Shown piece after piece: positions 19,237 to 28,257 of a DNA stretch of 64,000 nt; the stretch's first letter is position 1; every line of letters begins with the position of its first letter. The DNA is from an uncultured Desulfarculales bacterium. Lineage in GTDB: Bacteria > Desulfobacterota > Desulfarculia > Desulfarculales > JAHJDS01. The stretch is from NCBI GenBank assembly GCA_964569795.1, contig CAZMVB010000001.1:131233-195232 (forward strand). Direction: 5' to 3'. The position numbers were made by a program, and so were the translations under genes. Below the pieces are notes generated by a model. It was not told the DNA's origin. It was given only the letters and a program-made list of their open reading frames with translations, and did not search any database.

Positions 19237-20127
19237 TCAGATCGAGTTACTAGCGTTTAAATATGTCTCGTGGGCCAGAAAAGAACTGCGGACCAGGGGA
19301 CCTGACCGGCAAATAAATCCTCTGGATTCCGCTAGTTCGGCCAGGCGGCGGAAGTGGTCTGGCGGGTGGTGTTCGGTCACGGGCAAGTGGTCCGGGGAGG
19401 GGGGCAGGTATTGCCCCAAGGTCAAAATGTTGACGCCCACGCCGCCCAGATCGGCCATGACCGCCTTGATTTCGTCTTCGGTCTCTCCCAGGCCGAGCAT
19501 GAGGCCGCTCTTGGTGACCAGATCGGCCCGTCGCCTCTTGACCGCGGCCAGGAGGTCCAGGGAGCGCCGGTAATCGGCCTGGGGCCGGACCGAACCGTAC
19601 AGCCGGGGGATGGTCTCGAGATTGTGTCCGACCACGTCGGGTCCGGTCTCGAGGATCGTCTCCAGGGCCAGGTGGTCTCCCTGGAGGTCGGGGATGAGGA
19701 CCTCGACCTTGACACGGGGCAGGGACCACTTGAGGGCGATGATCGTGGCCGCGAAGTGAGCGGCCAGGCCGTCGGGCAGGTCGTCCCGGGTGGGGGAGGT
19801 CAGGACCACGTATTGCAGATTCATGGTCCGGGCGGCCCCGGCGATGTTCACCGGTTCCTGGGGGTCGGGGGGCTGGGGCCGGCCGGTGGTGACGTTACAG
19901 AAAAAGCAGTTGCGGGTGCAGATCCGGCCGCCCAGGAGAAAGGTGGCCGTGCCCTGACCGTAGCATTGGCCCCGATTGGGGCAGGCCGCCTCGCGGCAGA
20001 TGGTGTTCACCCCGAACCGCCCGATGACCGCCTCGACCCGGGCCAGGTCCGGACCGCCGGCCAGGGGCTGCCGCAGCCAGTCCGGCTTTCGTCCCCGCCG
20101 GGGGTGCTGGCGGCCCTGGTCGCTCAT
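19237..20127 (-). CDS. lipA: lipoyl synthase
   Basis: CPNRGQC and CTRNCFFC radical-SAM/auxiliary cluster motifs. Start trimmed to MSDQGRQ; the ATGA overlaps the lipB stop. Confidence 0.9.
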   Translation of the reverse strand: MSDQGRQHPRRGRKPDWLRQPLAGGPDLARVEAVIGRFGVNTICREAACPNRGQCYGQGTATFLLGGRICTRNCFFCNVTTGRPQPPDPQEPVNIAGAARTMNLQYVVLTSPTRDDLPDGLAAHFAATIIALKWSLPRVKVEVLIPDLQGDHLALETILETGPDVVGHNLETIPRLYGSVRPQADYRRSLDLLAAVKRRRADLVTKSGLMLGLGETEDEIKAVMADLGGVGVNILTLGQYLPPSPDHLPVTEHHPPDHFRRLAELAESRGFICRSGPLVRSSFLAHETYLNASNSI

Positions 20128-20807
20128 ACCCCGGGGTCGCCGCTCTCGAACCTGGTGTTCAGGACCTGTCCCAGGTGATGGGTCAGTCTCTGTTTGACCG
20201 CCGCCAGGGAAGGGGGGCGGCCCGTTTCCCTGAGGATCGAGGTCACCTCGACGTTGTCCATCCCGCAGGGGGTGATCAGTCGGAAGATGTCCAGCTCGTT
20301 GGCCACGTTGATGGCCATGCCGTGGGAGGTGACCCGCTGGGAAACGGCCAGGCCGATGGCGCCGATCTTGCGGTTTTTGATCCAGACGCCGGGATTGTCC
20401 TCGTCGCCCCGGGCGTCGATCCCCCACTCGGCCAGCATGGCCGCGGCGGCCTCCTCGAGACAGCGGACGAAGCGGCGGATTCCGAATTCGGGCGGGACCC
20501 GGAAGATGAAGTAGGACACCAGCTGGCCCGGCTCGTGGCCGGTGGCCTTGCCTCCCCGCTCGACGTGATGGAGCTTGACCCCCCGGCGGACGAGGTCCGA
20601 CTGCCCCTCCTTCAGGTCGCTGGGGCTTCCGTTCTTGCCCAGGGTGATGGTCGGCGGGTGTTCCAGGAGCAGCAGGGTGTCGGGTATCTCGTCCCGCTGT
20701 CGCTGGGTCACCAGCCGGTGTTGCAGCTTCAGGGCCGGCATGTAGCCGACGACGCCCAGGTCGATCGCCCGGGCCCATTTTTCAGGATACGATCTGGCAA
20801 CCAGCAT
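20124..20807 (-). CDS. lipB: octanoyl-ACP:protein octanoyltransferase
   Basis: LLLLEHPPTITLGK...RGG..T.H.PGQLV.Y...KIGAIG motifs. Translationally coupled to lipA. Confidence 0.9.
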   Translation of the reverse strand: MLVARSYPEKWARAIDLGVVGYMPALKLQHRLVTQRQRDEIPDTLLLLEHPPTITLGKNGSPSDLKEGQSDLVRRGVKLHHVERGGKATGHEPGQLVSYFIFRVPPEFGIRRFVRCLEEAAAAMLAEWGIDARGDEDNPGVWIKNRKIGAIGLAVSQRVTSHGMAINVANELDIFRLITPCGMDNVEVTSILRETGRPPSLAAVKQRLTHHLGQVLNTRFESGDPGV

Positions 20808-20917
20808 AGCGGGCAGTATAATCCGACCCCGGAAAAAAAAGGAAGCGAAAAGACAGGTCTTCCCGCCACAATTATTGATGGGGGCCGCCGACGGGCGCCG
20901 CCCCGGGGACCTCCGGG

Positions 20918-21835
20918 TCAGGCCGCCCGGGAGGCGACGTCTTCATAGGAGTCGAGTTCCGGCACCCTGGTCTCGAAGGTGAAGGCGAAATTGGCCACGT
21001 GGGTGGGGAAGCCGACCAGAATCGAATCGATCTCGTCGTCGAACTGCCGGAAGAACCGGTGCCAGCAACTCATCACCGACTCCAGGTCCGTGCGGCGCTG
21101 ACGCCGGAAGAGCCGGACGATCCGGTCGGCCAGGGCGATGATGGGCACGATCCGCCGGGCGGTCGGATCGACGATGGCCTCGACGTTGAGTTCGTGGTGG
21201 TGGCGGATGACGTCGATGAACAGGCGCGGCAGACGCCACCGGGCGGCCAGCAGGGCCCCGACCAGGGTGTGATCCAGCCCCAAGACCCTTTTTTCGACCC
21301 CGGTGACCGGCTCGCCGGTCTCCCGGACCTGATCGAACACGGTCTGCAGGGCCTCGGACTGGTACTGCCCCAGCAGAAGGGTGCCGATGTCGTGCAGCAG
21401 GCCGGCGATGAACACCTCCTCGGAATCCAGGCCCATCTTGGTGGCCGCCAGGTGGCTGGCGGCGGCGCACTGGAAGGCCAGTTCCATGAACCGCCGATAG
21501 GCGAACTTGACGGTGCGCGAGGCGTCGTAGAGGTCGATCAGGGCCAGACCCAGCACCAGGTCCCGCACCGCGCCGAAGCCGAGCAGGACCACGGCCTGCT
21601 GGACTGAAGTGATCTCCTGGCGGAACCCGCACAGGGGGGAGTTGGCGTAGCGGAGCACCTTGGCCGTCAGGGTGGGCGATTGCAGGATCACCTGGGCCAC
21701 GGCCGCGGCGGGGGTGGTTTCCTGGGAGGTGAGCCGCATGATGCGGAAGACGGTTTCCGGCAGATGGGGGAGATCGTTGGCATCCAGAATCGTCTGGATT
21801 ATCTTCTCCCTCAAGGAGTCCGGATTCCAGGACAT
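20918..21835 (-). CDS. HDOD-domain protein (paralog 2)
   Basis: LPHLPETVFRIMRL...SPTLTAKVLRYANSPLCG...GLLHDIGTLLLG. Paralog of 14302-15228. Confidence 0.8.
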   Translation of the reverse strand: MSWNPDSLREKIIQTILDANDLPHLPETVFRIMRLTSQETTPAAAVAQVILQSPTLTAKVLRYANSPLCGFRQEITSVQQAVVLLGFGAVRDLVLGLALIDLYDASRTVKFAYRRFMELAFQCAAASHLAATKMGLDSEEVFIAGLLHDIGTLLLGQYQSEALQTVFDQVRETGEPVTGVEKRVLGLDHTLVGALLAARWRLPRLFIDVIRHHHELNVEAIVDPTARRIVPIIALADRIVRLFRRQRRTDLESVMSCWHRFFRQFDDEIDSILVGFPTHVANFAFTFETRVPELDSYEDVASRAA

Positions 21836-21982
21836 GGCGACGACCCCTCACGGCCCCGGTGGTTTCCCGGGGCGGCCTCTGGCGGGGTCCGGGATGACGC
21901 CGGCGGCGACACCGGACGGGCCCCCAAATGATCTCGGTTGCCGGGGGCGGACCGGTCGGGTTTCGCCGCCAAAGAGAGGCCT

Positions 21983-22007
21983 AAAAAGAAAAAGCCAATC
22001 ATTCGGC
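21983..22007 (-). terminator. candidate intrinsic terminator / riboswitch expression platform
   Basis: The minus-strand RNA GCCGA-AUGA-UUGGC forms a 5-bp stem including one G.U, followed by UUUUUCUUUUU. The stem is weak. Confidence 0.35.
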
Positions 22008-22014
22008 AACCCGG

Positions 22015-22116
22015 CCGACTCGGTATCCGCGGTGTCTCCTTTAAGGGGAGCCACCAGACTCCGACCCCCGTGGTTTTGCGCCCCGCCCTCACGGACGGTT
22101 TGCCCTTTCGTGACTG
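22015..22116 (-). promoter_or_regulatory. c-di-GMP-I (GEMM-I)-like riboswitch aptamer
   Basis: The minus-strand RNA reads CACGAAAGGGCAAACC-GUCC-GUGA-GGGC-GGGGCGCAAAACC...GCGGAUACCGAG. This matches the conserved GEMM-I blocks (AGGGCAAACC, GNRA-capped P2, GGGNCGCAAANCC, 3' GCGG..UACCGA). It lies in the 5' leader of the HDOD gene. Confidence 0.7.
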
Positions 22117-22126
22117 CTCTTATGTT

Positions 22127-22155
22127 ACGCTACCTCAACGCCGGTCGCCTGTCAA
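22127..22155 (-). promoter_or_regulatory. sigma70-type promoter TTGACA-17-TAGCGT driving the riboswitch leader
   Basis: The reverse complement of 22150-22155 is TTGACA and of 22127-22132 is TAGCGT. The predicted TSS is about 10 nt before the aptamer. Confidence 0.5.
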
Positions 22156-22277
22156 GAAAGTTATCACCCGCGGTCCAATATAGCGTCGGCCGTTAGGCCG
22201 GGGCCGGGACGGGCCGGTCGGCCCGCCGGGGCCGGCGGCCTTCGAGGTCGGGCGCGCGCCGGTGTGGCCCCGGGTCC

Positions 22278-23309
22278 TCAGCGGGGGCTCAGCAGGGCGG
22301 CGATATCCGGGTGCTTGGCCTGATTGGCCCAGTCAAACGGGGTCCGGCCCTTTTTGTCCTTGGCCAGGCGGTCGGCCCGGTGCTCGATCAGGAGGAGGAC
22401 GATCTCTGTTTTGCCCAGGCGGGCCGCCCAGTGCAGGGCCGTGCCTCCCTCGGCCGGGTCCACGGCCTTGATCGCGGCCGGGTTTTGCTTGAGGATGCGC
22501 GTCACCTGCCGGAGATTCCCGGCCTTGACCGCCTTGATGAGGTCCTGCCCGGAAGCGGGCCCGGCCTGGATCGGTTTGGGCGTTGGTTTTGGTTTGGGCG
22601 TGGGTTTTGGTTTGGCCGTTGGTTTGGGTTTGGCCAGCGGAGTGGGTTTAGCCGGCGGTTTTGGTCTGGCCACGGGTTTGACCGCTGGCTTGGGCCGTGA
22701 AACGGCCGGCGGGGGGGTGGGCGCGGTGAGCAGGCGCACGACCTCTGTTCGGCCGGCCCGGCGGGCCCAGGCCGCGGCCGAGCGCCCGTACCGGTCGAAG
22801 ACGTACTTGTTGGCTCCCCTGGCCAGGAGGGCCTTGACCAGGGCGACGTCGCCCCGTCGGGCGGCCAGGTGCAGGGGCGTGGCGCCGACGTAGGTCCGGG
22901 CCTCGAGCCAGGCCCCCCGGTCCAGGAGGAGCCTGACCGTTTTGATCCGGCCCCAGGCCGCGGCCCAGTGGAGCGGCATGGCTCCGGACTTGGTCCGGCT
23001 GGTCAGGGAGGCCCCCCGGTCGAGCAGGAGTTTGACCACCCGGGGACCGCACTTGCGGGCGGCCCAGTGCAGCGGGGTGGCCCCGCTTTTCCCCGCCCGG
23101 GTCCAGATGGCCCGCGGGTTGCGAATGAGGATGCGGCGAACCGCGGCCGGATTGCATGATTTGACCGCGGCGATGATCGGACGATCCGTCCAGGGCAGGG
23201 GGATGTAGCCGCCCAGCCGGGTGGTCCAGTAGTGATAGGCCCCGAACCCCATCAAAAGGACGGCGATGAGCACCAGCCCTTTTCGCAATCCGCTTTCCGG
23301 TGTCTTCAT
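22278..23309 (-). CDS. membrane-anchored ankyrin-repeat protein with a Pro/Lys-rich linker
   Basis: N-terminal TM LVLIAVLLMGFGAY. Ankyrin units (GATPLHWAA...) on both sides of a PKPxxKPxPKPKP linker. Confidence 0.8.
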   Translation of the reverse strand: MKTPESGLRKGLVLIAVLLMGFGAYHYWTTRLGGYIPLPWTDRPIIAAVKSCNPAAVRRILIRNPRAIWTRAGKSGATPLHWAARKCGPRVVKLLLDRGASLTSRTKSGAMPLHWAAAWGRIKTVRLLLDRGAWLEARTYVGATPLHLAARRGDVALVKALLARGANKYVFDRYGRSAAAWARRAGRTEVVRLLTAPTPPPAVSRPKPAVKPVARPKPPAKPTPLAKPKPTAKPKPTPKPKPTPKPIQAGPASGQDLIKAVKAGNLRQVTRILKQNPAAIKAVDPAEGGTALHWAARLGKTEIVLLLIEHRADRLAKDKKGRTPFDWANQAKHPDIAALLSPR

Positions 23310-23341
23310 CTCCGCCCCCGTGGCTGGTATTGACGGAACCC

Positions 23342-23350
23342 ATTATAGCA
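23342..23350 (-). promoter_or_regulatory. extended -10 element TGCTATAAT upstream of the ankyrin gene
   Basis: The reverse complement reads TGCTATAAT about 30 nt upstream of the ATG at 23309. The -35 is poor. Confidence 0.35.
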
Positions 23351-23508
23351 CCCCGACCACCTCGGAGGACAAGGGGGCGTCCCCCCGGACGCCGCTCCCG
23401 GTCATGAAGAGGGCCGGACGGAAAATGACCGCCCCGGTGATGATGAACGGGCTCGACTTTCGGATCATGAATTCCTCCGGGGAGATGTCGAACCGCCGGG
23501 GCCGGACT

Positions 23509-24078
23509 TTACGGGGCGAAACCGCCCTGATAGTCCAGCCAGGCGTGGATGAACAGGGCCTGCCGGGTGACCCGGACCACCAGATTGCGGACCGTGACCT
23601 TGACCCGCCGGTTGCCCACCACCAGGGAAGGCATCTGACCCAGGGGGATGCTCAGGGGCGGCAGCAGATGGTCCATCTGGATCCGTCCCGCCTGGCCCAG
23701 ATCGAGGTGAAAGTTCTCGACCTTGAGGACCAGGACCCCGGCCCCGGGATCAAAAGACAGGCCCAGTTTGGGGCTGATCCGTCCCTTGAGGCCCCGGATC
23801 AGGGCCGGGTATGAGTTGATCTCGTAGTCCAGGTCCACCTTGATCCGGCCGCTGCCCGGGCCGGGGTGAAACCTGAGGCGCGGGTTCCGGAAGGTGACCG
23901 CCAGCTTGACCGGCAGTCCCCCGGCCAGGGCGTGGGACAGGGTGACCGGGCAAAGGGCGGTCAGGAGCCGCTGCAGGGAGTCGCGGGTGACGATCATCGT
24001 CAGGTCGTCCCGGGCCGATGCCGGGGCGGACCAGAGCAGGACCGGGGCCAGGGCCAGGATCAACAGGGCGCGTCGCAT
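23509..24078 (-). CDS. exported hypothetical protein
   Basis: Signal peptide MRRALLILALAPVLLWSAPASA. GGAG RBS. The start lies 3 nt after the upstream Trx gene stop. Confidence 0.6.
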   Translation of the reverse strand: MRRALLILALAPVLLWSAPASARDDLTMIVTRDSLQRLLTALCPVTLSHALAGGLPVKLAVTFRNPRLRFHPGPGSGRIKVDLDYEINSYPALIRGLKGRISPKLGLSFDPGAGVLVLKVENFHLDLGQAGRIQMDHLLPPLSIPLGQMPSLVVGNRRVKVTVRNLVVRVTRQALFIHAWLDYQGGFAP

Positions 24079-24081
24079 GAA

Positions 24082-24525
24082 TCATCTCCGAGGTTCGTTG
24101 GTCGCCGCCAGGGCGGCCGACATGTGCCGGCTCAGGGTGTCGGGCCAGGCGAATCCGGCCAGCCGGAGCCACCGCATTTCCCGGCCCCGCCTGTCCAGAA
24201 AGACCACGGTCGGGGTCTTCCTGATGTCAAAGGCATGGACCAGCCAGTCCCGGGCCGGGGCGGTCTTTTTGGCCGACAGATCGACCCTGATCAGGGTGAA
24301 GCGCCGGCCGAGCATCAGGATCCGGCGGCGGGGAAAGGTCAGGCGGTCCATCTGGTCGCAGAACCAGCACTTGGCCGAGGTGAACAGGACCATGGCCGGC
24401 CGGGGGAAACCGCGCCTCCAGCTCAAATCGCCGATCCGGTACTCTTGCCAGGGCAAGGTCGAGGCCGGTCGGGGGGCGCAGGCCAAAAAGGCCGCCAGGA
24501 GCAACAACGCGGCCCCCCGGGGCAT
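24082..24525 (-). CDS. exported thioredoxin-fold protein (CWFC active site)
   Basis: 147 aa. Signal peptide, then MVLFTSAKCWFCDQM...IRKTPTVVFLDRRGREM. Close paralog of the two C-terminal modules of the adjacent DsbD-like protein. The track ORF is over-extended to 676 aa. Confidence 0.7.
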   Translation of the reverse strand: MPRGAALLLLAAFLACAPRPASTLPWQEYRIGDLSWRRGFPRPAMVLFTSAKCWFCDQMDRLTFPRRRILMLGRRFTLIRVDLSAKKTAPARDWLVHAFDIRKTPTVVFLDRRGREMRWLRLAGFAWPDTLSRHMSAALAATNEPRR

Positions 24526-24587
24526 CACCTGGTTCCGCTGGATCGGCCGGTGACGCCCAGGGCGAGCCTCATGTTCTTGGCCAGGAC

Positions 24588-26801
24588 CTAGGGGGATTGA
24601 TAGCCGTCCAGCCTCAGGCCCTGGACCCGCCCGCCGCGGCGGTAGAGGATGAAGACCGTCGGTGTCTGCCGGACGCCGCCCCAGCGGGCGGCCAGGCGCC
24701 GGGCCTCGGGTCCGGTTCGGGGACTGTCCAGCAGGACCTCGATCAGCTTGAACCGGGCGGCCAGATCGGCGAAGGCCGGCCTCAACTCGGCCGTGGCCTT
24801 GAACTCGGCCTTGAACCGATCGCACTGGAAGCAACCCTTTTGGGAGAACAGGACCATGAGCGGGGCCTGGCGGGGTCGCCCGGGGGCCAGGACCCCGGGC
24901 CGGTAGGCGTTCCACCTGGGCCGGTGGATGGTCGTCACCGGGCCGGCCCGCAAGGCGGCCTGCATCCGGTTCATCAGCAGGTCGGGTCCGGCGAACCCGG
25001 CCAGCCGGAGACGACCCATCTCCCGGCCCCGGCGGTCGAAGAACATGGTGGTCGGCGTCTTGCGAATGGCCAACCGCTGGATCAGGGACCTCCGGTCGGA
25101 GGAGGACACCTGGCCCAGGTCCAGGTTGATCAGCACGAAGCGCCGGGCCAGCCGGCGCACCCCCGGCCGGGGAAAGGTCAGGAGCTTCATCTGCTCGCAC
25201 GGGCCGCAGCCCGGGCTGTTGACGAAGACCATCACCGGCCGGGAATAGGTTCGTCCCGCCGTCAGGTCGTCGGGCCGATAATCGCGCCAGGGCAGGCGGT
25301 GGACCGTCTGCCAGAAGATGAACACCGTCCCCAGGATCAGGACTATCGAGACGCAATACTTCAGACCGGTGAAGAACCGGGACACGAACGGGGTCCGGTC
25401 CAGGACGGACAGCCACAATCCGGTGGCCACCCCCAGGATCAAGACCAGCCAGGGGACGACCACCGCCGGCAGCAGGCTCTGGAAGTAGAACAGGGCCATG
25501 GCCAAAAGCAGGCACCCGAAGACCTTGCGCACCCAGACCATCCAGGCCCCGGACTTGGGCAGCCGTTCGATCTGTCCCGAAAACACGGCCAGCACGGCCA
25601 GGGGCAGGCCCATCCCCAGGGCCAGGACGAAAAAGGTCACCAGGCCGTAGCGGACGTCCTGGCTCTGGGCGACCAGGGTCCCCAGGCCGAGCAGCACCGG
25701 AGAAAGGCAGGGCGTGGCCAGAAGCCCCATGACCAGTCCCATGAACAGCGTTCCGCCGTAGCCGGACCGGCTCCGGCCGGCCCAGGCGGACACCCGGGCC
25801 GGCAGCCTGATCTCCCACAGCCCGAACATGGACAGGGCCAGGGCGACCATCAGACCGGCCATCAGGACCAGGACCACCGGGTGGGCCAGGACGTTGCCCA
25901 GGGATTTTCCGGTCAGGGCCAACAGGGCCCCGAAGACCGAGAAGGTGGCGGCCAGGCCGAAGAGATACAGGGCGCCGTGAATGATCAACCGGCCGTGTCG
26001 TCCCTTTTCCTGTCCGGCGAAGTAGGACACGGTGATCGGGATCAGCGGAAAGACGCACGGGGTCAGGTTCAGGGCCAGTCCGATGAGGAACAAGACGACC
26101 AGGGTCAGCCACAGGCCGCGCCGCTTGACGATTTCCCTGAGCCAGACCTCGAGTCGCTCGTCCCAGGAAAGCGAGCTCGCCGCCGGCGGGGCCGGGGAGA
26201 CGGTCCGGGGTTGGAGGCGGGTCCGGCCCAGGTCCAGGAGCGTCCAGGCGCCGGCCGGATTGCCGGCCGCTTGGGCCCGGGCGGCCGCCGCCGGCGAGAT
26301 CCGGATCGGCGCCTCGAGCAGGAGTCTGATGGGAGGCAGGATTGCAGTGCGGTTCCAGGGCCGGGCCTGGAGCAGCACCCGGACCTTCCGCGCCCCCGGG
26401 ACCGCCCGCTCAAGGACCTTGAAACCGACCCGGACAAAGACCACGCCCGAGTAGGCCGGCACCTTGTCCGGCCGTCCGGGAAAGGGGGCCCGGCCGGCCG
26501 GGGGATAGGTGATCCGGAGGATCTTGATCCCGGGTGGTGGCGTCACCCGCCACTTGCCTGGCGGCACGCCGGCCGGCGTTCGGGGGGAGCCGATGTACAC
26601 GCCGCCGGGCGCGATCAGGGTCACCGCGATCTGGCCCCGCTCCCCGGGGGTCAGGGCCGAAGTCCCGGACCCGACGGCGGTCAGCTGAAAACCATGGGCC
26701 GCCGCCCGCCCGGGAGCGGCCGGGACGATTCCCGGCCGGGCTATAAGAAAAAATAGGGCCCCAGCCCCGGCCAGGGCCCCCCAAAAATATCTTCCAGGCA
26801 C
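24588..26801 (-). CDS. DsbD/CcdA-family thiol:disulfide electron transporter with two C-terminal Trx modules
   Basis: N-terminal exported domain, central multi-TM core with LTPCVFPLIPI and LATPCLSPVL Cys motifs, then Trx modules with CGPC and CFQC. Confidence 0.8.
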   Translation of the reverse strand: MPGRYFWGALAGAGALFFLIARPGIVPAAPGRAAAHGFQLTAVGSGTSALTPGERGQIAVTLIAPGGVYIGSPRTPAGVPPGKWRVTPPPGIKILRITYPPAGRAPFPGRPDKVPAYSGVVFVRVGFKVLERAVPGARKVRVLLQARPWNRTAILPPIRLLLEAPIRISPAAAARAQAAGNPAGAWTLLDLGRTRLQPRTVSPAPPAASSLSWDERLEVWLREIVKRRGLWLTLVVLFLIGLALNLTPCVFPLIPITVSYFAGQEKGRHGRLIIHGALYLFGLAATFSVFGALLALTGKSLGNVLAHPVVLVLMAGLMVALALSMFGLWEIRLPARVSAWAGRSRSGYGGTLFMGLVMGLLATPCLSPVLLGLGTLVAQSQDVRYGLVTFFVLALGMGLPLAVLAVFSGQIERLPKSGAWMVWVRKVFGCLLLAMALFYFQSLLPAVVVPWLVLILGVATGLWLSVLDRTPFVSRFFTGLKYCVSIVLILGTVFIFWQTVHRLPWRDYRPDDLTAGRTYSRPVMVFVNSPGCGPCEQMKLLTFPRPGVRRLARRFVLINLDLGQVSSSDRRSLIQRLAIRKTPTTMFFDRRGREMGRLRLAGFAGPDLLMNRMQAALRAGPVTTIHRPRWNAYRPGVLAPGRPRQAPLMVLFSQKGCFQCDRFKAEFKATAELRPAFADLAARFKLIEVLLDSPRTGPEARRLAARWGGVRQTPTVFILYRRGGRVQGLRLDGYQSP

Positions 26802-26825
26802 TTGCTTGACTCGGTGGTTCGAAAC

Positions 26826-27542
26826 CTAACGGACGCCCAGCTGCTCCAGCCGCAGACGGATGATGGGGAGGAAGGCCCCCTGGGTGACGGGCGTCGCCAT
26901 GTTGGGATTGAGCAGACGGCGAACGATCTGCGGGACGGGCACGGTCTGGTCCTTGGCCGCTTCCGCGCCGGTCAGGTCGGACGGGAGCACGGTCGGAACC
27001 GGTCCCGGCCGGTTCCAGTAAAAGTAGGTCGGCCGGCGGCCGGTGGTGTCGTTGTCCAGGATGACCACGCCCCGTTGGATCAGGGCCCACCGCCTTTCCA
27101 GTTCGGCCAGGGCCTGCTTCTCCCAGTCCCAGATCGGCGTCACCCGGACCTCGGTGTCGTAGTCCGGCACGGCCTTCAGCCGATGGAGGGTGAACAGGCG
27201 GTAGGCGTTGTCGTTGGGATCCTCGGGCGGCTGGTAGCGAGGATTCAACTCGATGTCCCAGACGTTGAAGTAGTAGCGCGGCCACTGGCGCGAAAACAGA
27301 TTGTAGCGAAGCTTTCGCTTGGGCAGGGCGTAGATCGATTTCCAGAAGACGGACTTGACGTTCCAGGGATTGTAAACCTGGAGGTAGCGCCGGGCCAGGC
27401 CCAGGTCGGCCCCGGTGTACATCGGATCCCGGTACCAGGTCGGACGAGACGATTCCACCTCCTGGGCCGCGACCGGTCCGGCCAAACAGACCGCGGTCAC
27501 GACCCAGAGGGCCAGAATCACGAAGCGGAGTCTTGGTGCCAT
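26826..27542 (-). CDS. exported Trp/Tyr-rich hypothetical protein
   Basis: Start moved to the ATG preceded by GAGGAGGA. Signal peptide MAPRLRFVILALWVVTAVCLAGPVAA. The mature part is Cys-free and rich in W and Y. Confidence 0.6.
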   Translation of the reverse strand: MAPRLRFVILALWVVTAVCLAGPVAAQEVESSRPTWYRDPMYTGADLGLARRYLQVYNPWNVKSVFWKSIYALPKRKLRYNLFSRQWPRYYFNVWDIELNPRYQPPEDPNDNAYRLFTLHRLKAVPDYDTEVRVTPIWDWEKQALAELERRWALIQRGVVILDNDTTGRRPTYFYWNRPGPVPTVLPSDLTGAEAAKDQTVPVPQIVRRLLNPNMATPVTQGAFLPIIRLRLEQLGVR

Positions 27543-27739
27543 GGCCGGATTCCTCCTCGACAAGCATTTTGCCCTGCTTTCAACATCTTTGTCAATTATA
27601 TCATGTCCTGGACCGGTTTCCAGGGGCCGCGGGCCGCCGTCGCCTCACAAATTCTCAAGCGCCCGTCTCCGGGTCCGGGCCGGCGGTTGCTTTTTGATTT
27701 GAACTTGGGTTAACCTTAGGCCCAATCAGGGAGGTTGAC

Positions 27740-28180
27740 ATGCGTACGGGGCTGATTTTTCTGGGACTGCTGCTGGGGCTGGCCACCATCGCCTCGGCGG
27801 CGAGCACGGCCGATGAGATCAAATCCCTGGCCGGGAAACCGGCCCTGCGGGTCGTGGTCGCCCCGCTCAATCGGGGCGCCATGAACGCCGGGATGAACGA
27901 GGCCAAGATCAAGAACCTGCTGATCGCCCGGCTCGACTTTTCCCGGGTCGGACTCAAAAAATCGGGCTGGCCGATGCTGCTGGCCGACGTGTCCTGTTAC
28001 GGCCGGCTGTGCTTCCTGGGTCTTCAGGTCCTGCAGCCGGTCCAACTGGCCCGGGCCGGCCATCGGCGGGTGGTGGCCACCACCTGGCAGATGAGGGGGG
28101 CCTCGGCCTCGGACCGGATCCTGCGGGGCATGGCCAAGATATGCGACCGTCTGATCCGGGACTACCACCGTGCCCGATGA
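27740..28180 (+). CDS. exported hypothetical protein
   Basis: GGGAGG RBS and signal peptide MRTGLIFLGLLLGLATIASA. 146 aa. Confidence 0.55.
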   Translation: MRTGLIFLGLLLGLATIASAASTADEIKSLAGKPALRVVVAPLNRGAMNAGMNEAKIKNLLIARLDFSRVGLKKSGWPMLLADVSCYGRLCFLGLQVLQPVQLARAGHRRVVATTWQMRGASASDRILRGMAKICDRLIRDYHRAR

Positions 28181-28257
28181 CCGGATCTCCCAGGAGACTG
28201 CAAGAGAAATGCTCCGACCGACTCCCAGTCCCTCAACCCGACCGCCGGAGGCGCCTC

